Assembly (NCBI GenBank): GCA_976226885.1
Contig: OZ320313.1
Coordinates: forward strand, 121,024,001-121,088,000
From: Iphione sp. A-MEVVRFRX5
Lineage: Eukaryota
Direction: 5' to 3'
DNA length: 64,000 nt
Shown: piece after piece, positions 7,680 through 20,341 of the stretch
Numbering within the stretch: the stretch's first letter is position 1
How the letters are laid out: each line of letters begins with the position of its first letter
Program-made: the position numbers and the translations under genes
Notes under the pieces: model-generated
Databases searched by the model: none
The model's input: the letters and a program-made list of their open reading frames with translations, nothing else
What the model was told of the DNA's origin: nothing

Positions 7680-8799
7680 TTACTCTTGAAGCAGTAACAT
7701 GATTCTGTGGTTCTCATACCTGCTCCCAAAGCATCTTTGTGCAAGTTCACACTGGTCAGTGTGTGTAAATGAATGTACCATTTCTTTGGTATCTTAAAGT
7801 GATAATGTGAGACACTGCGGTAGTCTGATTTTTCTGCGATATATTGTTCAGAGTATTGGTGTAATCTGGCTAGTTCCCGGAAAACAAAGCCATTAGTTCA
7901 GTACCTGATTACACAGAGTAAAGAGGGGTTGAATGCTTGTACCTGTATAGAAAAATAATTAGAAAAGTTTTGTAGGTTAAGCTCTTGGTTGACCTAAAGG
8001 CTGTCGACCGTAATCTTAGACGCAGCAGGGAGGAAAACGACTTTGTCTCTATAAGCAGATTATTTGTTTCGTTACTTTAATTTCAATAAAAGAACTGCGC
8101 CTTATTTTGAGATGGCAAATTTGATTAGGGAGTAGTTTAAGTTTCTTTAATTTTAGAGATAGATGCAGTGCTAAAAGCTAGAATGGAATCAGTGAGTAGA
8201 ATCGGTTCCGTATTTATTTATTTCGTTGCACTATTTGTATGCACAATTTATATGCAAGACTTTTAAGACGAGACCGCATTCAAACAATATAACAAGCAGT
8301 CAGACATGGTGCCACAAATGGCACAGGCTGTTACGCCGTGATGGCTTGTGATATGTGCAATTCCAATGCGGGAATATTGTCAGCTGTATGCACAGTGTTC
8401 TAGACAAAAACGTTTCGAGTCTGTTTGATTAGCAATAACTACTCCCCTTTGTGTAGAGATACATTTCTTTATGTATACATCTACAGTTGTGTATAAAAAG
8501 GCTAAACTGGATATACAGCTGTACAGTGGATGTGTGTTCATTTGATTTGCTCATCAGCAAAGGCCGGTTTGCCACGTCTCTGCGGTTAGACTGGTGGCTT
8601 GCTGAAGTTATTACATGCACATGATAAAATAGTTAACTTATTTATAAGGGTTGCGGTCGAACAGCCCTGGAGGGAGGTGGCGGAGGGCAAGGTGTAAGCT
8701 GGCTTGTTGTAGTGACAGAGGCAGTGACATCATTGGGTCAGTTATAGGTGGGTGCGTCTTTGCTAGCTCAGCAGTAAATATTGTAGCGGTTTTGCGGGT

Positions 8800-9600
8800 G
8801 TCGTCGTTGCCGCTTTGCCGCCCTCGCCGCTCGTGCGAGCCGCGCCGCGTGACGACGACGACGACGACGACAATGACGACGACCATGGCGGCGGTTGGGG
8901 GCTGCCATCGTTCGCTGCCAGCGTTTGTCAATTCAAAATGGCTGCTGCTGTATTACCACAGTCGGTGCGAGTGGCGCAGTATCGTGTCTACCCCGTTCCC
9001 AGATGGACCTCTGCGGCCACATGCTGACGGCAGAGCCAGTGCCAGTAGCAGCAGCAGTAGCAGCAGTAGCAGCAGCAGCAGCAGCAATGGCGGCGGCGGC
9101 GGCAGCGCAGAAGGCCGTAGCAGTACCGTAGTATAGGCAATTGGACCAAGAACAGGAGCAGATGGAGCTGCAGGTGCAGAATGGCAGATGCAGCCGCGCC
9201 ATCATTGCCTATGTCAACCAGAACCAGCACCATCTGCCAGCTCTACAACTGCTGCTGCTGCTGATGCAGTCGGACTGCTATCAGCAAGTATCGTCGCCAA
9301 AGGCGCGCAGCTGCAGACACTTGCCCTTCTACACTCCTCCGGAGGCCCTCTCTGCACTCTGGCCGGCATCTTGCCACGATAACGCCGCCTCCAGCAGGCG
9401 TCGGCCGTCTAGGAAGTGTCACCATTGCCGTCGTGGTCGTCATTCTCTTAAGATGTCCGCTCCGTGTAGAATGCTGGAGCCCTTGAGCTGCCCAGAGCTG
9501 GTCGCCATCACCATTGGCTGGTCATAGCAGCGCCGTCCGTCCTTGTTACAGCAGGCGACTTCTACTGCCACCGCTGCTCACGTTCTCTCGTCCCCTTCAC
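8800..9600. repeat. GC-rich triplet low-complexity island (GAC/GCA/GGC/GCT runs)
   Basis: Successive trinucleotide runs; only short low-complexity ORFs in all frames. Confidence 0.7.
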
Positions 9601-10574
9601 CTCCGCTCTCCTACCGAATAATGAAGTCACACGTTCCCTTTTTTAAATAGCAGTTCAGATGGGAGACAGGTTGTTTGAAAAAAGAAACAATAAACTGAGC
9701 CGGTTCCTACTCCCGTTCGTATGTCGGTGGCGGCTGTTAGGCGAGGCAGGAGCTCCTAGTGATGTATAGATGTAGATTCTATAGCGCCATTGCCCCGGCT
9801 CTAGCTAGTAGGCATTGTGAAGCTTAGCGACTCTGCTGCTCGGTGTAGTATCGAGCGTAGGTTTTCAACCATTAGCAAGCCTCTGGCCGTGGGGCATTGG
9901 AGAAGACCTTTGGTGGCGAATGGCGTAAAAGATACTGAAGCTAGGTGACTGAGCCAAGGCAACATTGACGGCGTCTTCCAGTAACAGATCCTGGATCGTC
10001 CTGAGATGCCGGTTCCAAGAAATTGCTCCATACGATGTGGAGGCCAGATCGAGTAGCTCGCTGACACCCAGCTCGCGAGCAGGAACGATGGATAGAGCGC
10101 CCCCAACTGCTCCCACAAGACAGGGGAGAGAGGAGCGGCCAGGTCGACATCTTAGATTGTGTTTGTTGCACGATGGAGACCACACAGGGTAGCCAGTAAA
10201 GAATGTATTGCACAAGCAAATGTTAGCTCTTAATCAGAAAGAAATTGCTCTTTTTATGCCCTTCCACCCCCACCACGCCACCGCCCTCCGAGAAAATAAA
10301 AGAAGGAAAACAAAAATAACACCCCTCTCAAACAGAAGGTGTAAACATCACCCAAAAATGAATCTTTTTTGTTTTATGTATGTATGTACATACATATATA
10401 TACATGTATGTTTCCTTGTTCATTCTGATCCGAACATACGGCCAGCTTGTATTGCTGGTTTCTGTGGCTTTAGGTTTTTACTGGGTGGGGGTACCCACCC
10501 CACGCCCAGCCCTGTGGGCAAAGTGGTAGCATATTACCATTCTATTGTTGAGAACTGAGAGGCCAAAATACCCA

Positions 10575-10752
10575 GGGTTGCCCCCTGCTCTTATTGAACA
10601 GGTCTTCTGGGAACCTTTTTGTGAGTTGTGGACCACTCTGGGTTGGAGATACAGTAAATCTGTCTGGTCATGATTGATAGTCCCAGGACCAGAATTGAAC
10701 CTGTGAGCTCTCGATCAGTGGATCAGTGCTCTACCACTGAGCTAACTCCCCA
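10575..10752 (-). mobile_element. tRNA-derived SINE head (pol III A and B boxes)
   Basis: Minus strand GGGGAGTTAGCTCAGTGGTAGAGCAC...GGTTCAATTC. The D-arm is intact but the acceptor stem does not pair. The 3' boundary is approximate. Confidence 0.6.
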
Positions 10753-11800
10753 CCCTTAATCCTTTTTGTTAGCCTCCACTAATACACATGTACTCTTTTT
10801 AGGTATTTTTTCACAATACGGGATGGTTGGCAATTTGAATACGAATTTTCAAAGTTACCATGTCTTGAGTATGGTAGTGTATCACCTCACCTAGTGATCG
10901 CCCTGTTATAATTAGTTGACTTTATCTATTTATCCTTACTAAAGGATGAGGAATCCTGCTCTCTGTCACTCTGACTCCATCTGTAGGATTGTCTGTCTAA
11001 ACTTTGTGGCCCTGTTATAACTTAAAAAAAAACAACCAAGAGCGCTAGGATCCTATTATTTACAGACAATGCTACTTGGACTCTTGACACCGGGTGATTG
11101 TGAAGGTAACTAAAGAGTGTAAGTGATATTGACATACAGTCGTCTCTCGTGTACAGTTACCTTTTGTTCCAGGAAAAATTGACAGCAGTAGCCCCTTCAC
11201 TGCCTAGCTGGTAATATTAACACGGCGTCTTCCACCCCAACTCTCATTTAGCCGCTCATTTCATCGTCCATAGGCTTGTATCGAGAGCATTTAGACAACC
11301 CCCAATGTTTATAAAGGCACGTGCCTCCCTAGAGAAAATGCAACAATGCAGTTGTGTGTGATTTTAAAGTTTGACTTGGACTGCTTCCCACCAGGGTTGG
11401 CCCCCAATACTTATCCGTGGTTATTTCAATGTGTGGCTGATTTAAGTCACTGGCCAATATCGGAACCCAGAATTCAGTGACCATAGGCTGAGGTGAAGAT
11501 ATTTTTTTATTGTAACCTCATCCTTAACGTTTTCAAACGTTAGATTACAATGAAGAAAATTCGGTTCCGGGCAAAATTGGTCACCGTAATCGACCTTTGA
11601 CTGTATTTTTGGTGTGACCACAATGTGAGAATGAGCTGTAAAGCTGTCTACATTTTGTTGCCTAGAATCTGCACAGATATGTCATATTACTGCCTGTGAG
11701 GGAACCCAGTCTGTGCTGGTCAACTTGATCTATATGTTTCCACTGAGAAGATCGCTTTGCTTGGTCCCATATACTTCCTCATTAGTTATGTTATGTGGTA

Positions 11801-12576
11801 TTTTTGTCCCCCACTTCATAGAAAGGGGGGGGGGGTAACATTAGGAATGTTGCTGGCTGGTGTCCTGACCATCTGTCACACTCTTGTGGGTCTTATAAGT
11901 CTAAAATCTTTCACTCAAAAGAACTGATTTTGATATATGATATTGGTATATATGGCCCCATGGTGCTGGGTGATTTTGGTAGTAATTCATGTATTTTGAA
12001 GGTGAAATTATGCCAATTTTACTCTTTTGCTAACTTCTACAAACATGTATACATACCTTGTTTAGGGATTCCTAGGTCTGACAATGCACATACATGCATA
12101 CATACACCCTCATCAATATCTCCCTTCTACCAGTATCAGCTTGTAGCAGTCTGGTGCTCAGTGAGGCAGAACCGAGGGTGCTATGCTCAGTCATGCAGAA
12201 CCAACGGTTTGTAGCAGGCTGGTGCTCAGTGAGGCAGAACCGAGAGTGTTGTGCTCAGTCATGCAGAACTGAGAGTTGTAAACCTGAAGGACTTAAACAA
12301 ACCCAGCCAACCACCCCAAAACAAGGTGCCAATCAAGGTGGTTGTAAGAGAGAGAGACACCACACATATACACACACACNNNNNNNNNNNNNNNNNNNNN
12401 NNNNNNNNNNNNNNNNNNNNNNNNNNNNNNNNNNNNNNNNNNNNNNNNNNNNNNNNNNNNNNNNNNNNNNNNNNNNNNNNNNNNNNNNNNNNNNNNNNNN
12501 NNNNNNNNNNNNNNNNNNNNNNNNNNNNNNNNGTTGATGGAGGGGGACAATAGACCTCACAGGTCCACACTCTTGT
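11801..12576 (+). mobile_element. Helentron-type non-autonomous element (HINE/DINE-1-like), copy 1
   Basis: 5' TTTTTGTCCCCC...GGGGG; 3' subterminal GGGGGACAA, hairpin GACCT-CAC-AGGTC and CTCTTGT end. Alignable with 45457-45709 and 52278-52773. Contains an internal ~68-bp duplication, a (CA)n run and an N gap. Confidence 0.7.
12380..12532. other. Assembly gap (N run)
   Basis: N characters. Confidence 0.99.
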
Positions 12577-14319
12577 CAAAATAATATTGAAAGAATAGAG
12601 TATGTCTGCGCTTTCACGCCTCTCTTTGTATGTATTATTGTCAAGTTCATATATGAAGTTATAAGCATTAATGTACATATATTACTGCATATTCCCACGC
12701 CAGATCTCTTTATAAGCAAAATACCTCTCAACTAGAAAGGTTGGCTTTGACACGTTACGAATATAGGCAATGTACAGTAGGATTCTGTCAGAACTAACCA
12801 TTATCAGAACGGAATATTGGACACGTACAGAAACAGTCACAGCCGAAAAAATCGGAGAAATACTAAGAAAATGAATTCGCTTTGTGGCGAAGATTCAGTG
12901 TATGAACCCATCCTATTGTGCCTATCTTAACGAGGTAGTTACTGACTATGGTGTCATTTTGATAGGATGCTCCTTACCGTCTATGTTAATCAATGCTTTT
13001 GAAAGTGGGACTGAAAGTAAAAGACTAGCTAACCTCCTGTGAGTAGTATGTGTATCATAACAGAACTAATATCATATACCATACATCGCTATAAATCTTA
13101 GGGACTGCACTTTGATTTACTATCACTTTTTTCTTATAATTCACTTGCCATGGTAACAAGAGAGTAATGAGTATAGACCATTTTCATGAAAATAATGAAA
13201 AATTTCCACTTATTGATGATAAATATCTAGAAAGTTATTTTTTTTTATAGAAAAATAAACTTACTATCGAGGATATGTTCACTAAGTGATTTGCAGTCTT
13301 TTGATATCTTATTTGTTACTGCACTTAGAGTAAGTACACTGTATCATAAGTTGCCATTGTGTATCCATCACCCAAAATTATTCCAATCACAAGCATCAGC
13401 TGCATCCCTGATATTGCATCAGTGGCCCTCAGGTGTCACCATGGTAAAAAATAAAATAATTGAGCAATAATTTCAGCTAGATTTAAATGACTATAAGTCA
13501 GTCTCAGGCTTTGTATGTGATTTTTGTAGATATGATTTGAAGTGATTTGACAGATATGATGTGTGTATCTATTACAAAGCACTATGTAATAACTCTCATT
13601 ATATACATGTATACACCCATTGCTAGGAATTATGTAATGGATATTGGTATATTTATGTAATTAAATAAAATTGCAAATTATGACAAAGTTACTCAAAATC
13701 AATCACATTCAGCTCAAATTTTGTAGTATAAATGTATATCAAAATAGACTGCGAATCAATATATTGATTTAAATAAACAATGGTTTGCTTCCATCATAAT
13801 ATTTTTTATAGTGCTACAAATAATGCAGACTCCTATTTATGCAGGTGAGGAAGGTCATGTGATCAGTTTAAGAGGCTTCTCTCTTATACTAGTAAATTTT
13901 TTTTTCCCAACCAGTAAAAAGCACCATATTCCTGTCTTATTTTTGGCAGTAATGGGGAGAATAACTTCAAAATTAATGTTTCTGCATGCATACTTACTTC
14001 CATCATTACTGTATGCTACTATCAGGGAAAGTAAAGATAGATATAAAAAAGCGTTCATATCTGTACGATTTTATCATTGTTGGATGGTAAGGGGTTAAGC
14101 TGCTAAGTGCAGTCATGCCTCGTTATACGGATCACACCCTTCTAGATGATTTTGTTCGTATAACGAATATTCCGCGCATACGAATTTGTGTGTTAACAGT
14201 TGGTTCCTACAAAATTCTCAAAACAACTCATTCCGTTAATGAAGTCTCCGTTCACAGGTACCTGATTGCCAATAGGGGACCATTGGGTATATGCGAAGAG
14301 TAACCAGGTTTCTTTAGAC

Positions 14320-14830
14320 AGGCGTCCAGACAGAGCTAGCTGACATCTGGAAAGCTGTGAAGACTCAGCCACCCGACCTGTCTCCAGATCATCATCCACA
14401 CCGACTCTTTAGTGCCATTCAGAACCCCAAACACCATGAACTGCAGGACAGTAGTCCACCTTCTATTCACAGATTCACCACTTCATCCAGCAAGCAATAC
14501 CAGAGTACATCACCAACTGAGTACTCAGTTACGTTGGAGTCCTAGAGAATGAAGGTGCAGACAAAGCAGCTAAAGTGGGCAGAAGAAAATGCAGGATAGA
14601 CGTCTCTAAAAATGACGGACAAAGAAAGACCCACATCAAGATACAAGGTCAGAGTATATAGGGGCAGCATATTTCCTCAGCATCTAGCTCCTCAACACAA
14701 TGACAACATACAACTACCACAATGAAAGAGGATCAACAAACAGGTCCCTGTTAGTGTCAATCAGTAACTTACATATCTGAAGACACATTGCTTGTTACTG
14801 CCAAACAGCGAATGAACGAATAAACGATTA
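14320..14830 (+). pseudogene. Decayed 3' part of an RNase H-bearing LINE (I/Nimb-like group)
   Basis: Frameshifted fragments TELADIWKAV, IIIHTDSL, SYVGVLENEGADKAAKVG (RNase H pattern HvG..GNE.AD.aAK), HIACYC and AATAAA near 14820. Confidence 0.65.
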
Positions 14831-15543
14831 GACAGACTAACATTGAGCGATATCTAAAACTCACCTATGGTTGAAGAATAATGTTACTTGTGGAGGCACA
14901 TTTTTGCAAGCTCGTAACGGGTCCACCACTTTTACCTATACCAGAAATCAACGTTGGAAAAGTATGCATATAAGGTGGCCTTTTACATGTTTTAATTTCT
15001 TCTGGATTACAGGAACTACACACGATATGACCCTCCTTGCACCTAGTGCTATCCATGACCTTAAAGTTGTATCTGAACTTTTCACATGTTAGAACTATGG
15101 GATATAAGTCTGGGTAGGGTAGACGTTTGTAAACGTGCAACTCATCATTTTCTATAAGAATGCTTGTGGCCTACAGAAAACGCCTTATCAGTTTCTAACC
15201 CGAGTACCCAGTGACACTGTGAACAAGTTTCTTCATATATACATGTATACATACAGCAGAATCCTCCTTTTAAAATATTTCTTTCCAAATATCCCCTCCT
15301 AAAAGGGCTATTTTTTTTTATCGAAGAACGATGGTGGTCTTTGCACGGAAGCTCCATTCCACACACCTGAACATTATGTTGTGCATGGAAATATTTCGCT
15401 AATCACGCAGCGCTAACTACTTATTCTGAAATGGTTCGATAAGCCATAATTAGATGATAGTATTGGTTTCTGTAAAATCAAAGGTGTTCCACTTCGCAGG
15501 CAGAGAGATGGTTGCGCCGCGTTTATGTGTACCTGTGTGTGTG

Positions 15544-15576
<33 letters not shown>

Positions 15577-16349
15577 AATAATTGAAGTCCCGTGAATTAC
15601 TCCCTGAATCCTGGCACGCAGGCGATAGCAATCGGCGCACACAAACATCCACACAGGTGCGCGCGCATGCACTTAATGTACACGTATGGGATGCAAACAT
15701 GCATATGAATGTGGGGATGCATAATTTAAAATGTCATTAGATATGTGTTATGAAAGCCTTTGAATGGAAGAGGTCCTAAAAAAAAAGCCCATGTGACATT
15801 TGTAGTGACCGAACAAGACTGATCGTTTGGGCGTGTCGTGAGTTATGCCCGTGTTTAGATCCTGACAATAACGGCTACCGCCATACCTGTTGACTTTCTC
15901 TTACCTGCTGCATCATAGTTGATACACCATTCTATACGTGGCGGGTTGGGCCAGGCTTTATGCAGAGGACTACTCATGGCCAGAGTCACGGCTGTAGTTC
16001 AGCACAGATGACCGCACCAATGTGTTAATGCTGTAACACTACGTACACAGCATTATATTTCTTGCAACTGGATATGATTTCTGTATCCACTTTGTATTGC
16101 GGCGAACCCAAGGACAGGCGCTACGAAGGATGCGGCTGGCAGACTGGCCATATTCACTTTATGAGACCGAAGCTCTTAAACCACAAAGGGCAAAAGATTT
16201 AAAATGGAGGATAGATGCACGAGAATATAGATACCTACACTATCATAGCGCCATTTATTGTGGAACCTAGAGCCGCCATACTCTAGGGTTATAGGATAGG
16301 TGCACAAGTATTGCATGTGGGATCGTAGATGATTTCACCAATTTGTTTG

Positions 16350-16650
16350 TCTTTGGATCAGTAAGCAGGTGGTGTAGTAAAGCTCACAGTCGGATCTGCA
16401 AGCAGATGATATAGTAGGCCTCCCAGTGGATCAGACAGGAGACTGTACAGTAAATTTCACTGTTGGATGATGAGCCAGCGAATGGCGTAGTAAACCTCAA
16501 CAGTCTAGTCACTGGGCAGGTGGTGTAGTAGACTGCACTATTGGATCAGTTAGCAAATTTTGTTCATGTAGTAAACCTCGGCCAGCAGATAGTGTAGTCA
16601 ACCTCACGATTGGATCAGTGGATAGATTGTGAAGGAAACCTCATCGTTGG
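16350..16650. repeat. Degenerate ~36-40 bp minisatellite
   Basis: Recurring TTGGATCAG and GTAGTAAACCTC motifs. Confidence 0.6.
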
Positions 16651-18899
16651 CTGGTTCTTTGATGATTTTGCTCCTGTTGTGTACACCAGGAGGAGATAAA
16701 ACCTTCTAGATGTTTTATCCTATAGTATACTGTACAGTAATACTTCCGTCGAACAATTGCTAGCCAAAAAAAATGTTCCTTTATGACGAAACTGTTTCTC
16801 TGATCAGAAACGACTCCTTCTGCTTCCAGGTAATAGAGGAAACTTTGGTTTTGGCAGTCACTGACCTAATAATACATGATGTAACATGATTGTAGAGAGG
16901 CGACAGCAAGGAGATACATTGTAGTTCACTCAGCAAGTATTTACATTAGTAACAAAGTTTCTAACAACATGATGAAGTCATTGAACACATCTACTTTGTC
17001 AGCAGACGTGCATTACTGTAATAGACTAGACTGTCAAGATGGGGCTGATGAATGTGTTATTCTCCTTACCCTGCAAATGGAGTCTAGTCCTGCATGCCCA
17101 TAAAATGTGAGGTTTAGACTTAGTTCAGAAGCCTGCTTTAGGATTGAATAAGTACAACAGTGTTACACCAAAGACAACTTGAAAAACAATTTACGAAATA
17201 CATTCCGACATCTGTCATCAGGTGTTCCTTCTGTGCAAAAAAAACGGGACTTCCCCCAGCCTTACGTTTTAACATTAAACTAAAAGCTTCTTCATGAGAC
17301 AGAGCAAGAGTAGGTTCACAGAAGATCACAAAGCAGGTTTGTCTCATTCTGTGTACATGAGCCCCTCCACCCCCAACCAACTGAGACAGGACAAGATGTT
17401 TCCTGCATGAATTGTAATTTGTGCAACAAGTACCTTTCCTTATAGAATGGATCCGTCTTGTGAGTATTGATGTGTATTTACTTGTAGATTCCTTTTTCTC
17501 TTTATTCAGTATTTTAAATCCTGCTTAGGGATCATTAGGTCTCCTCTTGATAGTGCTCTATAGGGAACGTTTTCGCTGTCCCTGTGTTGGAGAATTTACA
17601 TTCGTAGGATTCATTGTTATCCACGGCGAACTTGTTTAGATTGGGCTTCTTCTTTTTCATCAAAGAAAGAACCTTTCGGTTGAAATAACCGAAAAATTAC
17701 CCGGACCCCCGCGGCTGAAGCGGGGTCGTGTGAGCACACCCCGCATGCTTGGAGTGCTCAGCAACATGTGCGAAACGCCTGCTTGCCTAGGCCGCCATTT
17801 TACGCCAAGCTTACGTCATGGCGGTAGCCCACTGTTGTATCGCTATGTTCCGAGCCGGTGCTGTCCGCGCAAAGATAGATGAAGCAGAAAGCGTTTTGGG
17901 AAAGTTGGCGGCGCCCTGAAAGTCAGGGAAGGGCGAGGTGTACTGAAAACCTTTTGCATGCATACTAAAGCGGAGGCAGGCTAATGATAACGACGGAGCG
18001 TAGCGGGCGCCCGCTTTGAAAGGCGATGTGACGTCATTACGGCGCGGCAATACGTACTACTCATAGGAGCTTCTCACTGGGAGGAGGAGCAGGAGGCTCC
18101 CCCCCCCCCCCAGCTGCCCCAACCACCCTCCACCACCACTGTCATACATGCCCTGTATGATAGGTCAGAGAGGCTGCAGACCAGTCGTTGTTATCGCTCC
18201 TTTGACATAGTCCGGGCCTCAAATACTACTCGTTCGCTACAGGTAGGCCTAACTATGCTCTGTCTAGTGAGGTGAAAACCTGTGCACTGCCCCAATGTCT
18301 CTACCGTCCAAAATTTAACCCTTTCCGTTGACCTTGTGCTTCTCATACACTTTATCCACCTACGCTTAGGCCACTTTATGTTACAGGAAGGCTGGGGGAT
18401 CTCCGTTTTTTTTCCCTTTTCTCATCTCCTAGCAGGGGCGACTAAAGAAGTGGTATGGCATATGATGCATCGGTAGGACTCGGTTGAAAATTTGTCTTCG
18501 TCGATACACACCCTTGACACAGGCAAAGAAGGGTTAACAGGAGGGTTTGGGAGCACTGACACCGACACTGTCAAGCAAGCAGTAAGGGAAAAGGAGAACA
18601 GTTGTGCGACTCTATGCTGATACAGTGATCAGTAGAAGTCCTTGGACTATAGGTGTGCATGTGCATTCACAGACGTTGTCTTTCATTGTCCCGGTTCATT
18701 GTCCATAATCGGTATGTACATTAAGAGGAATGAACACGTGCTGTGTATCACGACTCTCGCACAGACCATCGCGCATAGGACGTGTGCTTGCATACGTTCC
18801 CATACCTACGTAGCAACTCATGCAGGAGCGACCGCTTATTATACACACCAACTCAGACATACAGGCGCGCACACAGACATGCACGGACACATACGGCCG

Positions 18900-19740
18900 G
18901 CCACTACGACGAGGTGTCGGCCGGTATTCGGTTGTCCTCGTCGCGAGCGGTGGCGGCGGCCTTGGCGGCCACTGGCGGCCACTGTCGGCCCCGTCCTTGC
19001 ATGTGCTGATCAATGGGCCATGTGGGAGAGTGGCAGGCACAGTGTGGAACTACCAACCACACCTACAGACTGGCCGCGCTGTCACCGCCGCTGCCGCCGA
19101 TGCTGTCGCCAGCGATACAGACACCATTGCCATCTAGAGCAGGTTCCCAACACCAGCTGCTGCAGTAGTGGCAGCGGCATCAGCATCAGCAGGAGCAGCA
19201 GGAGCAGCAGCAGCAATGATGGTGATGTGGTGGTGGTGGTGGTGGCAGCAGTCAGCAGCAGCAGCAGCAGCAGCTCTAGCGTCAGCGGCAGTCGACGTAT
19301 CACCGTCATCGTCAACAGGAGCAACAACAGCAGCAGCAGCAGCAGTGGCGGCGCGATGATGGCGGCCCCCGCAATGCACCACTCAAATCAGGGTGCTCTT
19401 GGTCTGTGCTCACTCGGTCTACGGACGTCAGTGGGGAAAGCAGCCAAAGTAGTCGGTGGTGGTGTTGTCACAGACACACATTAGTCCGTCCGTCCGTCAG
19501 TCAGTCAGTTAGTCAGTCAGTCAGCCAGTCAGTTACTCTATCGGTCAGTGTGTCGCCCAAGCCGGCGGAAAGACAGACAGGAGATGTAGGCAGATAGGCA
19601 GGCCGGCAAGTAGACAGACAGGTAGGTAGGCAGGCCGGCACAGGTGGGAGGAAGGAGGAGGTGGAGGAGTCAGATGACGGCTGCATAGGTTGAAAACGGT
19701 CGGAGCCCGTGCTAGCCTGCTGCAAGTGCATAGAGGACGG
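18900..19740. repeat. GC-rich triplet island followed by (GTCA)n and CAGG-type simple repeats
   Basis: GCA/GGT/CAG runs at 19150-19350; GTCA repeats at about 19495-19530. Confidence 0.7.
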
Positions 19741-20274
19741 AATTATAAATGCAGTTAAAGAAGAAGTCTAGACCAGAGCTTATGATGATAATAAATAAAT
19801 ACAAGATGTATGACATCAGGGGAATTGAGAAATTGTCCAGTATTTGAAATTATCATTCTGATCTAGACAGTGATAAAAGGACCTAGATGAATCGAGAAAA
19901 AATCCTGCTTCTGTTATTCGTGTGATGTTTCCCCCGTGAAGCGGTGAACGATTTCTGTCGAATGGCATTGCAACAGTCTTTTTCATTGTGGCATAGTCAA
20001 TGGCAGCTGATAAATAAAAATTGAATGCATATGTAAACGAGATACGTGAACATCACCACCATAGAGCTACATCCTTTGAAGCTATCCACATGGGATATAG
20101 CGTTAAGTCAAAATCTGGGCTGGCAATACCGTATCGTCGCATAAGCACGGTGAATAATTATCCTCTGCCTGTCGAAAGGTACATCTAATTTCACTTTTAT
20201 ACTTGTTCCCATCCTAGTGGAGACATGCAGCCACAGTTAGGGTGAGCACGATGTATAAATGGATGGAGATTGTG

Positions 20275-20286
20275 TATGTGTGTGTG

Positions 20287-20340
<54 letters not shown>
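20275..20340. repeat. (TG)n(CGTG)n compound microsatellite
   Basis: Direct inspection. Confidence 0.95.

Positions 20341-20341
<1 letters not shown>

Noticed and set aside
7243-7750. ORFs over the 62-bp repeat (KAENDAKSREKRQK / FCRFSRLLASF)
   Set aside because: The unit length is not a multiple of three, the frames shift and stop, and it lies inside a TIR-bounded MITE.
9555-9590. FYCHRC as the missing first half of DGKQ C1A
   Set aside because: No preceding H..KTF.KP, no following LWG, and no phase-1 donor; it lies in low-complexity sequence.
9801-10219. Overlapping ~100-aa ORFs as a retroelement remnant
   Set aside because: Codon-like, but no motif I can name with confidence.
10681-10752. 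Functional tRNA gene
   Set aside because: The acceptor stem does not pair and the anticodon and T arms are irregular; this is better explained as a SINE head.
12094-12678. ORFs containing long X runs (also 31715-32290 and 38803-39307)
   Set aside because: Artefacts of translating N gaps.
18315-18537. piggyBac-like MITE (TTAA CCCTT ... AAGGG TTAA)
   Set aside because: Only 5 bp of TIR match; compatible with chance.
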